A stretch of 42,204 bases of DNA, from positions 1 through 42,204 of the IMG/VR virus record IMGVR_UViG_3300039216_000097; one strand, written 5' to 3'. This document shows positions 8,330 to 17,316 of the stretch, piece after piece. Position 1 is the first letter of the stretch, and each line of letters opens with the position of its first letter. A model generated the notes under the pieces. That model made no database searches. It was given only the letters and a program-made list of their open reading frames with translations, and had not been told where the DNA came from. This DNA comes from a virus (lineage: Duplodnaviria > Caudoviricetes). The translations under genes and the position numbers were made by a program.

Positions 8330-9022
8330 TCATCCAATCTGCAACTTTCCCGCCTTACGGCTTGGTGAAGAAGCCGGAGCCAACGCTGGCGCGGGCTGGT
8401 TTGTCAGTTTCCTAACTCGCTGGCGTATTGTCTCGGCGTCTACCGAATTATCTGGTTCGCTGACCGGCTGTTCTTGCGCCAAGACAGATGTTGGACCTGA
8501 TGAATGGGAGCTTTCAGCTGATGAAGAATCTTCTGAACTCTGGCCTCCAACCTCCGCCTCTTGCTCCGCTGGGATGATCGGCGCCGCGGCAACGCCCACG
8601 GGGATAAACGCCTGGTAAAACGGCGCGGTGTTCGTCACGATCCCGTTGCCAGCCGGCTCCAGCAACTTGGTTGCCCCGGCCTGAATGCGCCCAGTCACAA
8701 TGTAGCCCAGTTGGATCGCCTCTTTCTTCAGCGACCCTTTTTCTTCTTTGATGACCTTGATCAGTTCTCCATCCAAAAAAGCGTTCGTCAGGTTTTCAGT
8801 CTCCACCTGCTGCCGAGCGCGCTCGTGGCGCACAATGTCGTCTTGCCGCTCGATCTCCTCTTGCACCTGAATCAGATGAAAGGTGCGCACCGCGGCATTT
8901 TTTGCGATGCCGGCCTTTTCAGCGGCCTTGTAAATATCGCGGTACTTGCGAAAAAGCGTGGCGAACTTCTCCTGTTCGCGCGTCAGCGGCTCTTCTTCGA
9001 TGTGTGGGCCTTTCCTGGGCAT
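8330..9022 (-). CDS. Putative terminase small subunit
   Basis: LT.EQEKFA...D.YKAA.KAG N-terminal HTH pattern; immediately upstream of terL; start taken at ATG 9022. Confidence 0.65.
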   Translation of the reverse strand: MPRKGPHIEEEPLTREQEKFATLFRKYRDIYKAAEKAGIAKNAAVRTFHLIQVQEEIERQDDIVRHERARQQVETENLTNAFLDGELIKVIKEEKGSLKKEAIQLGYIVTGRIQAGATKLLEPAGNGIVTNTAPFYQAFIPVGVAAAPIIPAEQEAEVGGQSSEDSSSAESSHSSGPTSVLAQEQPVSEPDNSVDAETIRQRVRKLTNQPAPALAPASSPSRKAGKLQIG

Positions 9023-9053
9023 TGCCGGGCCTTCCCGTAAAACAATTCTCAGT

Positions 9054-9575
9054 TCACAGTTTGCAGTTATGAGACGGGGGCAGCACTTGAGCTTGGAATG
9101 TCGGGCGCGGGGGCGCATATCCTCCGAATTTATCTCGGTAGTAATCATCGAGCCGCGCAGTCTTGCCGCCGCCGGATGAACCATAAAGAAAATCCACTTT
9201 AGGGCTGCATCCGTACAGCGTGCGTGGGTGCGGATCTGCTGAAATAGGATTGCCCAAGTCAATGCCCTTCATTGACGCGCGATCAATGCCGACATAGGTC
9301 GTCTTATCGCCTTTGTCGCCACCACGATCGAACTGTAAACCGTTAAGCCACAATGGCTCTGGCTCGGTGGCCCATTCGCCCGTGTACATTGTTTTGAACG
9401 CATCGCCTTTGTCGCCATCACGAGCAAACTGTAAATCGTTAAGCCACCTCTCGCGTGCTGTCTCCGCAAAGAAAGGGTGCATCGCCTTGTGCTTCGGCGG
9501 ATCACCCGCCAGCAGCAATTCGACCCCAACCACAGGCCGAAACAGAATTTCGCCTTGCCGTCTGCCAAACATCAT
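9054..9575 (-). CDS. Hypothetical protein with internal repeat and terminase-like motif fragments
   Basis: AAGGGAAGG RBS; WLN.LQF.R.GDKGD twice; YTGEW, YVGID and FLYGSSGGGKT motifs. Confidence 0.6.
   Translation of the reverse strand: MMFGRRQGEILFRPVVGVELLLAGDPPKHKAMHPFFAETARERWLNDLQFARDGDKGDAFKTMYTGEWATEPEPLWLNGLQFDRGGDKGDKTTYVGIDRASMKGIDLGNPISADPHPRTLYGCSPKVDFLYGSSGGGKTARLDDYYRDKFGGYAPPRPTFQAQVLPPSHNCKL
9306..9447 (-). repeat. 46-bp imperfect direct repeat (9306-9351 and 9402-9447)
   Basis: ATCGCCTTTGTCGCCA.CACGA...AACTGTAAA.CGTTAAGCCAC occurs twice, 96 bp apart. Confidence 0.85.
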
Positions 9576-9579
9576 TGTT

Positions 9580-11718
9580 CTACCTTCCCTTCTCGCCTTG
9601 CCTGTGTGCTGCGCCGGCGTCGCGCAGCGCCTTAAGACCACCGATGAGCTTTCCGGTGTTCTCTTGCGCCTGCACAGCGCGGTCGTCAAGCAACTTTACC
9701 ATTTTCGCATCTTTCCGGTCTGTCACGGGAAGCGCTTTGCCTATAAATTGCTGAGTCCATGCCTCAATCGCGGATCGGCCTTCGCCTTTAGGATCATCCG
9801 AAATCTTTGCGCTCAAAATGCGCACGTCCTTGCCCTCGGCGATCCACCGCTTCACCGTGCTCAACGCACTGTCAGGATTGTCAACGCCAATCGGATCCCC
9901 AATCTTTTCCAACCCCTCAAAACCGTGATATTCAGCCAGGGTTCCGTCGAGGTCGCTGCCATACCAGCTACTTTCAGAGTCCACCTCGGGCACAGTCACC
10001 CTCGTCAGTTCTTCCGGGCGAACATTGTTCGCGATCTTGCCATCCGCCAGCCGCACCCGCGCCCGCGCCGGCTGCCCATTGGCTGGATTGAAGTAGCGCA
10101 CCACCCCGGCCCGGCCATCGGCAAACTTGACCACTTCGCCTGGCTTCAGCGCGATCTGCGATGCGCCACTGCCGAACGAAACCGATCCTTGATTTCTGCG
10201 CGCGTCGCTTGCGCCTGGCTCTTGTAGGGCATCGCTACCTCCTTTCATTCGTACATCGGTTTGCCCACCGTTTCGGTCAATGATTGAGATCGTATCTACC
10301 GGAAACTCCGAGCCCTCCATCTCGCCGCGGCCCTTGTATTCTTCCGCGCGCTGCGGATCAATGTAGGCGATCGTTGCGTGAGGTTTGTAGCTGTCAAAAC
10401 TCGACGGCTCAAAATCTCCATGCTTCTGAATTCCATCGTTCATTCGCTCAAGTTCAGGCGACTGCACCTGAGCATGTACCACCGCCGCACCATTTGAATA
10501 CGGCGTAGGCGAAAATACGTCCGTCTTGCCCAGCCGCGCAGTGAACGTCTTTTGCGCTTCAATGAACTTGCGGATGCCATCTGTATTGTCGCCACGAATC
10601 CCATACCGCACTGTCACATGGTTTCCGACGTCGCCGACATCCTTGCCATCCCCGGCCAGGTGCTCGTCTGGAATCTTGTCGCGAAACGTATCCAGGGCCT
10701 CGGCCGCATCCGACCCGTCGGGGATATTCGCCTGGGTATTGCCAAACTTGTATTTCGTCTCACCGGCAGGCGGTTTCGTCTCATTTTTATGCGTTTTGAC
10801 CTCGTTTTTATGCGCCGCCGCAGCCCTGAACCGATCTCGCGTGGCCTCTTTATGCACGGCGGTAATCTCCGCACTCAGCCGCGAGGCCTCCGCCGTGTCG
10901 CCCCGCGCTTCCGCCTTCTTCTGCTTTTCGTAGAGCGGCTCCGTCTGTTTCAGCGCCTCGACCTGAGCCTTCGTACCCACCTGGATCTCAGAAACTTGAT
11001 TTGCCGCTCCCGCGCCGCCTGTGCGCACGGCATACTGATCCATATTCAAGCCATTTGAATCGATTTTCTCTTTCCGCTCCACCGGCAGCCGCGTCTCGAT
11101 ATGCTCTCGGAGCCGCTCAAGCGCCGAACGTGAGTTCGCCGAAATCCGCGCTCCCAAATTATCGATGTTGGTTTCTGGAGGCTTGCCACGCTCCGTTTTC
11201 GTCTGCTGCGACTCAGCGGACTTTACCCGCGATCCCTCCAGCTTGGCCCCAGGCACTGCGGAAACCACCGCTCCGGCCATAGCCTCCAAAACCGGCTGCT
11301 GTAGCTTCGCTGAGTTTCGGATCGCCGCCGCGTCGTTGCTCCCCTGCTCCACCGGCCTCTGTGCAGCCTCCGCGGTCGTTCCAGATGGCTTCTCTCCGCG
11401 CCCCGCGCGGCTGTTTTTAGGCACATACAGGTCCGCGTAAGTTCCCAAATCTGGCGTGTGCCCAGCGTCGCGCCGCACAATCGGCAGCCCTGTCTCTTCA
11501 TCGATCGCAGTCACTTTTCCGGCCGGGTGGCTCAGCACTTTGCCCGTAGTTTTAGCGGACCGTTGGCCGCCGTTCGCCGGCAGCTCTCGCAGCATCGCCC
11601 CGGCCGGAATTCCCTTCGGCGGCGTCAGCAAGCGCAACAACGCGCCAGCCGGCAAATTCTTCGGCAGATTAAGCCATTCGGGCGCAGCGGGTGAAGATAA
11701 AGCGGTGGCCATCGTCAT
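9580..11718 (-). CDS. Multidomain 'polyvalent' protein: RelA/SpoT-like NTase + 2H phosphoesterase + SH3/KOW-like + HAD phosphatase
   Basis: RVKS..S...K, D.LGARI and EIQV.T; HVT (H367) and HAT (H447); LKPGEVV....GRAGVV; DLDGTL and LLDDRA. Confidence 0.8.
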   Translation of the reverse strand: MTMATALSSPAAPEWLNLPKNLPAGALLRLLTPPKGIPAGAMLRELPANGGQRSAKTTGKVLSHPAGKVTAIDEETGLPIVRRDAGHTPDLGTYADLYVPKNSRAGRGEKPSGTTAEAAQRPVEQGSNDAAAIRNSAKLQQPVLEAMAGAVVSAVPGAKLEGSRVKSAESQQTKTERGKPPETNIDNLGARISANSRSALERLREHIETRLPVERKEKIDSNGLNMDQYAVRTGGAGAANQVSEIQVGTKAQVEALKQTEPLYEKQKKAEARGDTAEASRLSAEITAVHKEATRDRFRAAAAHKNEVKTHKNETKPPAGETKYKFGNTQANIPDGSDAAEALDTFRDKIPDEHLAGDGKDVGDVGNHVTVRYGIRGDNTDGIRKFIEAQKTFTARLGKTDVFSPTPYSNGAAVVHAQVQSPELERMNDGIQKHGDFEPSSFDSYKPHATIAYIDPQRAEEYKGRGEMEGSEFPVDTISIIDRNGGQTDVRMKGGSDALQEPGASDARRNQGSVSFGSGASQIALKPGEVVKFADGRAGVVRYFNPANGQPARARVRLADGKIANNVRPEELTRVTVPEVDSESSWYGSDLDGTLAEYHGFEGLEKIGDPIGVDNPDSALSTVKRWIAEGKDVRILSAKISDDPKGEGRSAIEAWTQQFIGKALPVTDRKDAKMVKLLDDRAVQAQENTGKLIGGLKALRDAGAAHRQGEKGR

Positions 11719-11734
11719 AGATCTCCATCTTTCC

Positions 11735-11743
11735 TGTTATACT
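11735..11743 (+). promoter_or_regulatory. Putative extended -10 promoter for the antisense membrane-protein gene
   Basis: TGTTATACT (TGn-TATACT) lies 27 bp upstream of ATG 11771. Confidence 0.45.
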
Positions 11744-11770
11744 AATCCTGCAACACTGGAGGCTCACCCC

Positions 11771-12031
11771 ATGTCCCTCTTTCTCAGCATCGTCGGCATT
11801 CTCTTTGCAGCCGTTTGCTTGTTCTTTCTGCTCATCGGTATCGTAGAGCACTTTTCCAAATCCCTCGCCAATCAGCTTTTTGTCTACATCCCCGTTTCGC
11901 TTCTCGCGCTTCCCTTTGTCGTTGGCCTTGTCTGGGCGACTGGTGTTGCCATCTGCGCTTACCCTCTCATCTTCATCAGCGTGTCTCTTCTGCTCTTTTT
12001 TGTGCGCTCTCTCGCTTCAGATCAGAGATAG
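11771..12031 (+). CDS. 86-aa membrane protein (about 3 TM helices), moron-like
   Basis: GGAGG RBS; highly hydrophobic; fills the gap between two - strand genes in the opposite orientation. Confidence 0.75.
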   Translation: MSLFLSIVGILFAAVCLFFLLIGIVEHFSKSLANQLFVYIPVSLLALPFVVGLVWATGVAICAYPLIFISVSLLLFFVRSLASDQR

Positions 12032-12060
12032 CAGCTCAAGATCGGCAGTCGCGGCGCCGC

Positions 12061-15000
12061 CTATTCTCCTGTTGGGGACAAGGGGACATATTGCCCGTCC
12101 ACCACGTGCCCCAACACCGATCCATCTGGGTGCAACACCTCGTGGGTAGCGCCGGCGGGCGCTGTTAGAGACGGCTTTTGCGTCTGGTCGCCGGGCGTTG
12201 AGTTCCGATAGATCATCTTTCCAGACGAATCCCGCAGGGCAGCCACGCCGCCGTTTTGATTCACTGGCTCTGGCGGCAAAATTTCAGCGCGACCAGGGTT
12301 CAATTGCCGCATGACCTCGGCTTCTTCAACCGGATTGTGAACCTCATTAGGCTCGCTGCGCGTCACATCGCCGATAACGCCGCCGCCAGGCGGCGTTGAC
12401 ACGCCTTCGCGCTGGTCAGGTTCCTGCTGTTGCGGCATCTGCGCCTGTGCCGCCACCGGCGCCGCCTTCATGCCCCCTTTGATCGCCCCCTCGGCTGCCG
12501 CGCGCGCTGCGGTGCCCACACCGCCGGCTACGTCTCCAGCTTTCAATTGGCCAACCGCCTCGGCCGCCTCTGGAAACTTTTTTGCGAGCGCTGTGCTCAG
12601 CGGCACAGGTTCGGGATGTTCCATGAGCGCAGCCGTAGCCTCTGGATTTACCAGATGCTTGGCAATTGCCCCTTGTGCCAACGATGTGGCGATTGGGCCG
12701 GCCACCGCCCCAATTGCAGCGCCAACCGGGCCACCGGCAGCGGCCCCAACTGCGGCGCCACCGCTGCCTACCAGTGCCGGAATGCCTTTGGACGCACCCT
12801 CCAAAATGTTGCGCGCTTCGGTTGCGGGCTGCAGAACCGTTGCTGTGTTGCTCGGGTTCGAAGGCAAGTTGACCGTCCGTGAGACCTGCGCCAGATCGTC
12901 CAGGTTATTGGCCTGCTCCGGAGTCAGCACAGCGCTCAAACGCTCCTTTTCGGCTCGGTTGAACCGTGTAGCAAAGTTGCGCAGATCCACAGTTCCATTC
13001 CCCGGCGGATCAAACTGCCGCTCGATTGCCTGACGCCGCAGCATCGGAATCAGATCGGGGTCGGCCTGCGCCAATGTGCGCACTTCTTCCGGCGTCAATT
13101 TCATCGCTCCGGTGCTGGGAGTAAAAATGGCGTCGGCAGCTTTTGTGCCATCGGCGTCTGTCGCCAAAATGTTTTTCAGTGCGCCAGGCTTGTCGTACAC
13201 CGTAGGCCTCATAGCTTTTTCTGCTAGATCGTTTACGGCGGCCAGCCGATCAGATCCAAGCAACTCGGTTGCGGTTTCCTGATTCACCTTCCCAGCTCGC
13301 GTTTTGAATCCCGGCAGATCAATCGATCCGCTATCGGTGGGGTCCATCAAATGCCCCACGAACTGCCGCTGCTGCTGATCGACCAAACTGCGATATTGCC
13401 GCCTGTCTCCGGCTTTTAGATCGGGCTTTTCCGCCAGCCGCTGTTCGTCCAGGTCGGCCATCGCCTCACGGAACTGACGCGCTGCCACCGGCTTAAGATT
13501 TTCCAGAGTTTTGGCAACGGTCTTTGTTTCCGGATTGCGCAAAACAGAGAAAAATGGGCTTTGCGGGTTGTCGTACATCGACTTCATCCGCTCCCAATCT
13601 GCATTTCCTGCTCGAAACTTTGAAATCTGTCCATGGCTCATGCCCTCTTCGTTGCGCGGATTGGTCAGGGAGTTGTCAAGCGACTCAACCATCTGTTTCA
13701 GCCAGCCCTCAGCCCGGCTGCCTACAATATCAGGCGAGCGATACTGATTCATTAGGTCGCTGCGCAGCTTGGCCACATTGGCCGGAGAACTTACCGGCGC
13801 CTGCGGTGCGGCGGCACTCTTATCCCCGCTGAACGCCGCCTGCCCAGGCGCTTTTTCCGGGGAAAACTGCGCGTTCCACCGCTCCCTCATCTCTGGGCTG
13901 GCCTTGGGAAGAATCTGTTCAAGCGTGGTGCGGATTCCTGGCATTTTGAGCGATTCGGGGTTGTCTTTGTAGTAATCGAACTCCCCATCTAAAATTTCGT
14001 CCGCAGTCTCCTGCACCCCCTTCAAATCGACCTTTGCATCCTTCGATCCCAGCGCATCGGTCAGTTTCTGCGCGGCGCGTGTATACATGTGCTTTTGATG
14101 CTTGTTCAGCGCATCCTGCGCCGCCGCACCAAACTCCTCACCTGTCTGCTGCTCTAGGTGGATCGAGTCCAGCAGATCCTGCGCAGCCTTCGTCTGCCCC
14201 GGCACATCGGCCAGCGCATCCCGATGCGCGGCCAGACGATCGTGAACCAAACTGCCAAACTGCTCGCGTCCCATCGTCTGGGGATGCGCGTCGCTGGCTA
14301 TTTTGGCCGCTTGCTCATGCAGTGCCTGCACATTGGCCGTGTTGTTGTTCTCAAAATGTCGCGCTCCAAACAGAGACTTTTCGGTTGCGGTCTTTGCCCC
14401 TCCCGTCGTTGCCCCGCGCGCGGTGGAGGCCTGCGCGGCATCCAGATTGACACCCATATCGTTTGCTGCTCTCCATCGATCCATCGGCGAGAGCTGCCCA
14501 GGCACAATCGGTCTGTCGAGGTCCGCGCGCTTGGCGCGCATCTCCTGCAATCTTCCCTTTCCAGCCTCTTTGAACGCACTTAGAACTTTGGGAGCCGCCT
14601 CGGTAGCTCCAGCCACTGCCAGGTTCCCAACCGCCGTGCCCGCTGCGCCGGCATAGTTCCCCGCCCCGGCCTGCTGCGCCATCTCGTCTTCCGTGCCCAC
14701 CACCCAGGGGCCAACCATCGGCACAGCCGCGCCCACCGTGTGCCGGGCGGCCTCCAATCCGTGCGCGACAGCGTCCGGACCTCCCTGCGCCGCCAGGCGA
14801 GCTTCTTCCTCCGCTTGCTGCTCCATCTGCACCTGAGGCTCAATCAACCGCGTCAGAGGTCCGCCAGCCGCAGCCAGCGGCGTGTTCCAAGCCGGATGTG
14901 TTCGCTCGAATTCATTTGCACGCGGATCAAAAAGCGCTGGGATGCCTTTCACTGCTCCCATAATGGCATCGCCTGCGCTCTCTAAAAATCCTGGCGGCTC

Positions 15001-15342
15001 CGGTGTGTGCTGATAGATTGGATACCCGGCCTCGTCGCGGCCCAAATACTTTGGTCCAGTGCCCCAAATAGCCTGACCGTTGGCATTGGCCCCGGTGATG
15101 ACCGGTTCCTGGCCGGCGGGATACTCGCTGCCGTCGTTCTGAACAAAACGGCCGCCATGCGCCTGGGCTTCGACTGCCTGATCCACCGGAATCCAATGCT
15201 GATCGCCGCTCGGGGCCTCGACCCGCAAAGCGATCTTGCCGCCATGCAGGTGAGCCTCAGCCACTTGTTCCGGAGGGATCATATAGACCTGACCATCCGG
15301 AGCCAGGATCGGAATTGCAGTCGATTTTGTGTTATTCGCCAT
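12061..15342 (-). CDS. Large internal virion / DNA ejection protein
   Basis: 1093 aa, Ala/Gly/Gln-rich and helical with a glycine-zipper segment; third of three genes following the tail hub, as in podoviruses. Confidence 0.65.
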   Translation of the reverse strand: MANNTKSTAIPILAPDGQVYMIPPEQVAEAHLHGGKIALRVEAPSGDQHWIPVDQAVEAQAHGGRFVQNDGSEYPAGQEPVITGANANGQAIWGTGPKYLGRDEAGYPIYQHTPEPPGFLESAGDAIMGAVKGIPALFDPRANEFERTHPAWNTPLAAAGGPLTRLIEPQVQMEQQAEEEARLAAQGGPDAVAHGLEAARHTVGAAVPMVGPWVVGTEDEMAQQAGAGNYAGAAGTAVGNLAVAGATEAAPKVLSAFKEAGKGRLQEMRAKRADLDRPIVPGQLSPMDRWRAANDMGVNLDAAQASTARGATTGGAKTATEKSLFGARHFENNNTANVQALHEQAAKIASDAHPQTMGREQFGSLVHDRLAAHRDALADVPGQTKAAQDLLDSIHLEQQTGEEFGAAAQDALNKHQKHMYTRAAQKLTDALGSKDAKVDLKGVQETADEILDGEFDYYKDNPESLKMPGIRTTLEQILPKASPEMRERWNAQFSPEKAPGQAAFSGDKSAAAPQAPVSSPANVAKLRSDLMNQYRSPDIVGSRAEGWLKQMVESLDNSLTNPRNEEGMSHGQISKFRAGNADWERMKSMYDNPQSPFFSVLRNPETKTVAKTLENLKPVAARQFREAMADLDEQRLAEKPDLKAGDRRQYRSLVDQQQRQFVGHLMDPTDSGSIDLPGFKTRAGKVNQETATELLGSDRLAAVNDLAEKAMRPTVYDKPGALKNILATDADGTKAADAIFTPSTGAMKLTPEEVRTLAQADPDLIPMLRRQAIERQFDPPGNGTVDLRNFATRFNRAEKERLSAVLTPEQANNLDDLAQVSRTVNLPSNPSNTATVLQPATEARNILEGASKGIPALVGSGGAAVGAAAGGPVGAAIGAVAGPIATSLAQGAIAKHLVNPEATAALMEHPEPVPLSTALAKKFPEAAEAVGQLKAGDVAGGVGTAARAAAEGAIKGGMKAAPVAAQAQMPQQQEPDQREGVSTPPGGGVIGDVTRSEPNEVHNPVEEAEVMRQLNPGRAEILPPEPVNQNGGVAALRDSSGKMIYRNSTPGDQTQKPSLTAPAGATHEVLHPDGSVLGHVVDGQYVPLSPTGE

Positions 15343-17316
15343 TTACTTAGCCTTCGGATGCTGCGTAAACCAGTTGTCTCCGCCGCTCGTGGCCGCCGGC
15401 TGCGCGCCGCGTTCGGAGCCTTGAACTTGATTTCCGCCTGTAACGTTCGGAATCCCTTTTGAAAGACGATTTGCAGTCGCTCGGATTTGTCCCGTTTGCC
15501 TTAGCAAGTAATCCAGATCTGGTGTTGCAGCACCGGGGGCCATTTCCATCAATCGATCTACCTGAGAATCAGAAACTCCGCCGCCAGCCGATTTGCGCAA
15601 CGCCTGCAAGTTCTCTCGGAAGGCGCGCAAATTCGTCACATAATCGCGCTCTTCGGGGCTCATCATCCCATTTGCAACCTGACCTTGAACCCATTTTCCA
15701 AAAGTTCCAATCGGCTCCGCCAATGCGGCTGCCACCTTTGTGCTACTGATCGCTCCTTTGCCGCGCGTGTTGACTAAACGCCGGGCAGTGTTCTCCAGGT
15801 TATCCGTAGCTCCCAAAACATCGTTAAACTGGGCCACACGTCCCTGCTGATTTTGAACTGTTGCTTGGAATTTACTACCAACCGGTTTATTCCCTACCAC
15901 TGTCGAACCTTGCAAGGGATTTCCGGCGGTGTCTGTTCCAAAATTTGCTCCAGTAGCATTCAACGCATAAGCCTGCGCTCTCTCGATAGCCGCTCCGGCG
16001 TTTGCATTTGCAGTTGCAGCTCGTTGCGATGCAAGTTTAAAAGCGGGACTGTTGGGATCATTCTGAGCGCGCGCCAAGGCAGCTCTGGCTTCCGCTTGTT
16101 CTTGTAATGCGCTATGCAAATCCATTTGTGTCAACTGTTCCGGGCTCATCTCTGAGCGATCAAGAGGAGCGATGTTTCCTTGCCCATCAGTTTTGTAACC
16201 TGCTTTTCGTAATTGCGTTTGGTTTTTACTTACGTTTGTCTCAGCATTTTGCAATGCCGCAGACTCTTTCGCGATGTTGGTGAACGCTTCCTGGCCTTGG
16301 CGCATTTCTCCGGCGGCCTTTCCTTTGCTCTCGATCATAGCCTTGAATTGATCGCGCACGTTCTGCAACTGCTGGTCCTCAGAGCCCAGCCGCGCCGTGC
16401 GCGTGGCTTCAGTTGCCTGATAGGCCCGATCCGGCGCGCCGTAAGCCGTCCCGCCGCGAATATCTTGCGGCTCGATCGCGCCTACCACCGCGCCTGGGAT
16501 GCCGCCCGTCATCAACCCCACCACGCCGCCGCGCAGACCGCGCAAAATCTCGGTCCCAATTCCCGGCTTGTAGCCCGCCTTTTTGGCGGAGTCCAAAACC
16601 TTTCCCGTGTCGGGGTCGCGGTACGGAGTCGGCATTGCGTCTTTCGCGCGCTGAGCCTCCAGATCGGCAGTCTCTGGCCCCGTTGTCGAGCCGAGGTCTT
16701 TCGCCATCTGCTCGGCACTCTCACCCAACCCCATGGCTTTCCGCAGCGCCTGGTCCGCATTGTTGTCATATTGCGCTGCGCCGCTGCCGCCGGCGCGCGC
16801 CGGCGCGACTTGGGCGCTGGTCGCGCCGGTTGTCTGCGGCATCGGTGCTGCCTGTGGTGCCGGGCTTGATTGCGTCATCGGTCGCTGTGCGCCCGGCGCG
16901 GGCGGCGTTTGCTGCGTTGGGCCAGGTTGCGCCGCGGTGCGCGGTGTAACAGATGGTAGTACCGGTGTCGACTGGGTGGTGGTCTGCGCGCCCATCTGCG
17001 TTGCCATCGGCGAACCTGCTGACGCCGAACCAGCCGCCTGCATCGCTTGTGGCCGCGGCTGCATGGCCGCCAATTGCGGAGCATTCTCTCGCAGAGATGA
17101 GTTTGCGCCCATGCCCGGCTGGGCAGTCATGGGCCCACCCGCCGGCGCCATGCCAGCGGCTCCGTAGGGGGAACTCAACTGCTCCATCAATTTCGCGCGC
17201 AACTCGGGCCGCATCCGAACTTCGTCGGGATCGTAGCCCATCTTCTCCAGAATGTTCCCGCTCTGGCTCAGGCCGCCGAGTTCTTTTGGGTCAACCCAAT
17301 CGCTGCTATCCGACAT
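15343..17316 (-). CDS. Internal virion / DNA ejection protein
   Basis: 657 aa, A/Q/P-rich; synteny with podovirus ejection genes. Confidence 0.6.
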   Translation of the reverse strand: MSDSSDWVDPKELGGLSQSGNILEKMGYDPDEVRMRPELRAKLMEQLSSPYGAAGMAPAGGPMTAQPGMGANSSLRENAPQLAAMQPRPQAMQAAGSASAGSPMATQMGAQTTTQSTPVLPSVTPRTAAQPGPTQQTPPAPGAQRPMTQSSPAPQAAPMPQTTGATSAQVAPARAGGSGAAQYDNNADQALRKAMGLGESAEQMAKDLGSTTGPETADLEAQRAKDAMPTPYRDPDTGKVLDSAKKAGYKPGIGTEILRGLRGGVVGLMTGGIPGAVVGAIEPQDIRGGTAYGAPDRAYQATEATRTARLGSEDQQLQNVRDQFKAMIESKGKAAGEMRQGQEAFTNIAKESAALQNAETNVSKNQTQLRKAGYKTDGQGNIAPLDRSEMSPEQLTQMDLHSALQEQAEARAALARAQNDPNSPAFKLASQRAATANANAGAAIERAQAYALNATGANFGTDTAGNPLQGSTVVGNKPVGSKFQATVQNQQGRVAQFNDVLGATDNLENTARRLVNTRGKGAISSTKVAAALAEPIGTFGKWVQGQVANGMMSPEERDYVTNLRAFRENLQALRKSAGGGVSDSQVDRLMEMAPGAATPDLDYLLRQTGQIRATANRLSKGIPNVTGGNQVQGSERGAQPAATSGGDNWFTQHPKAK

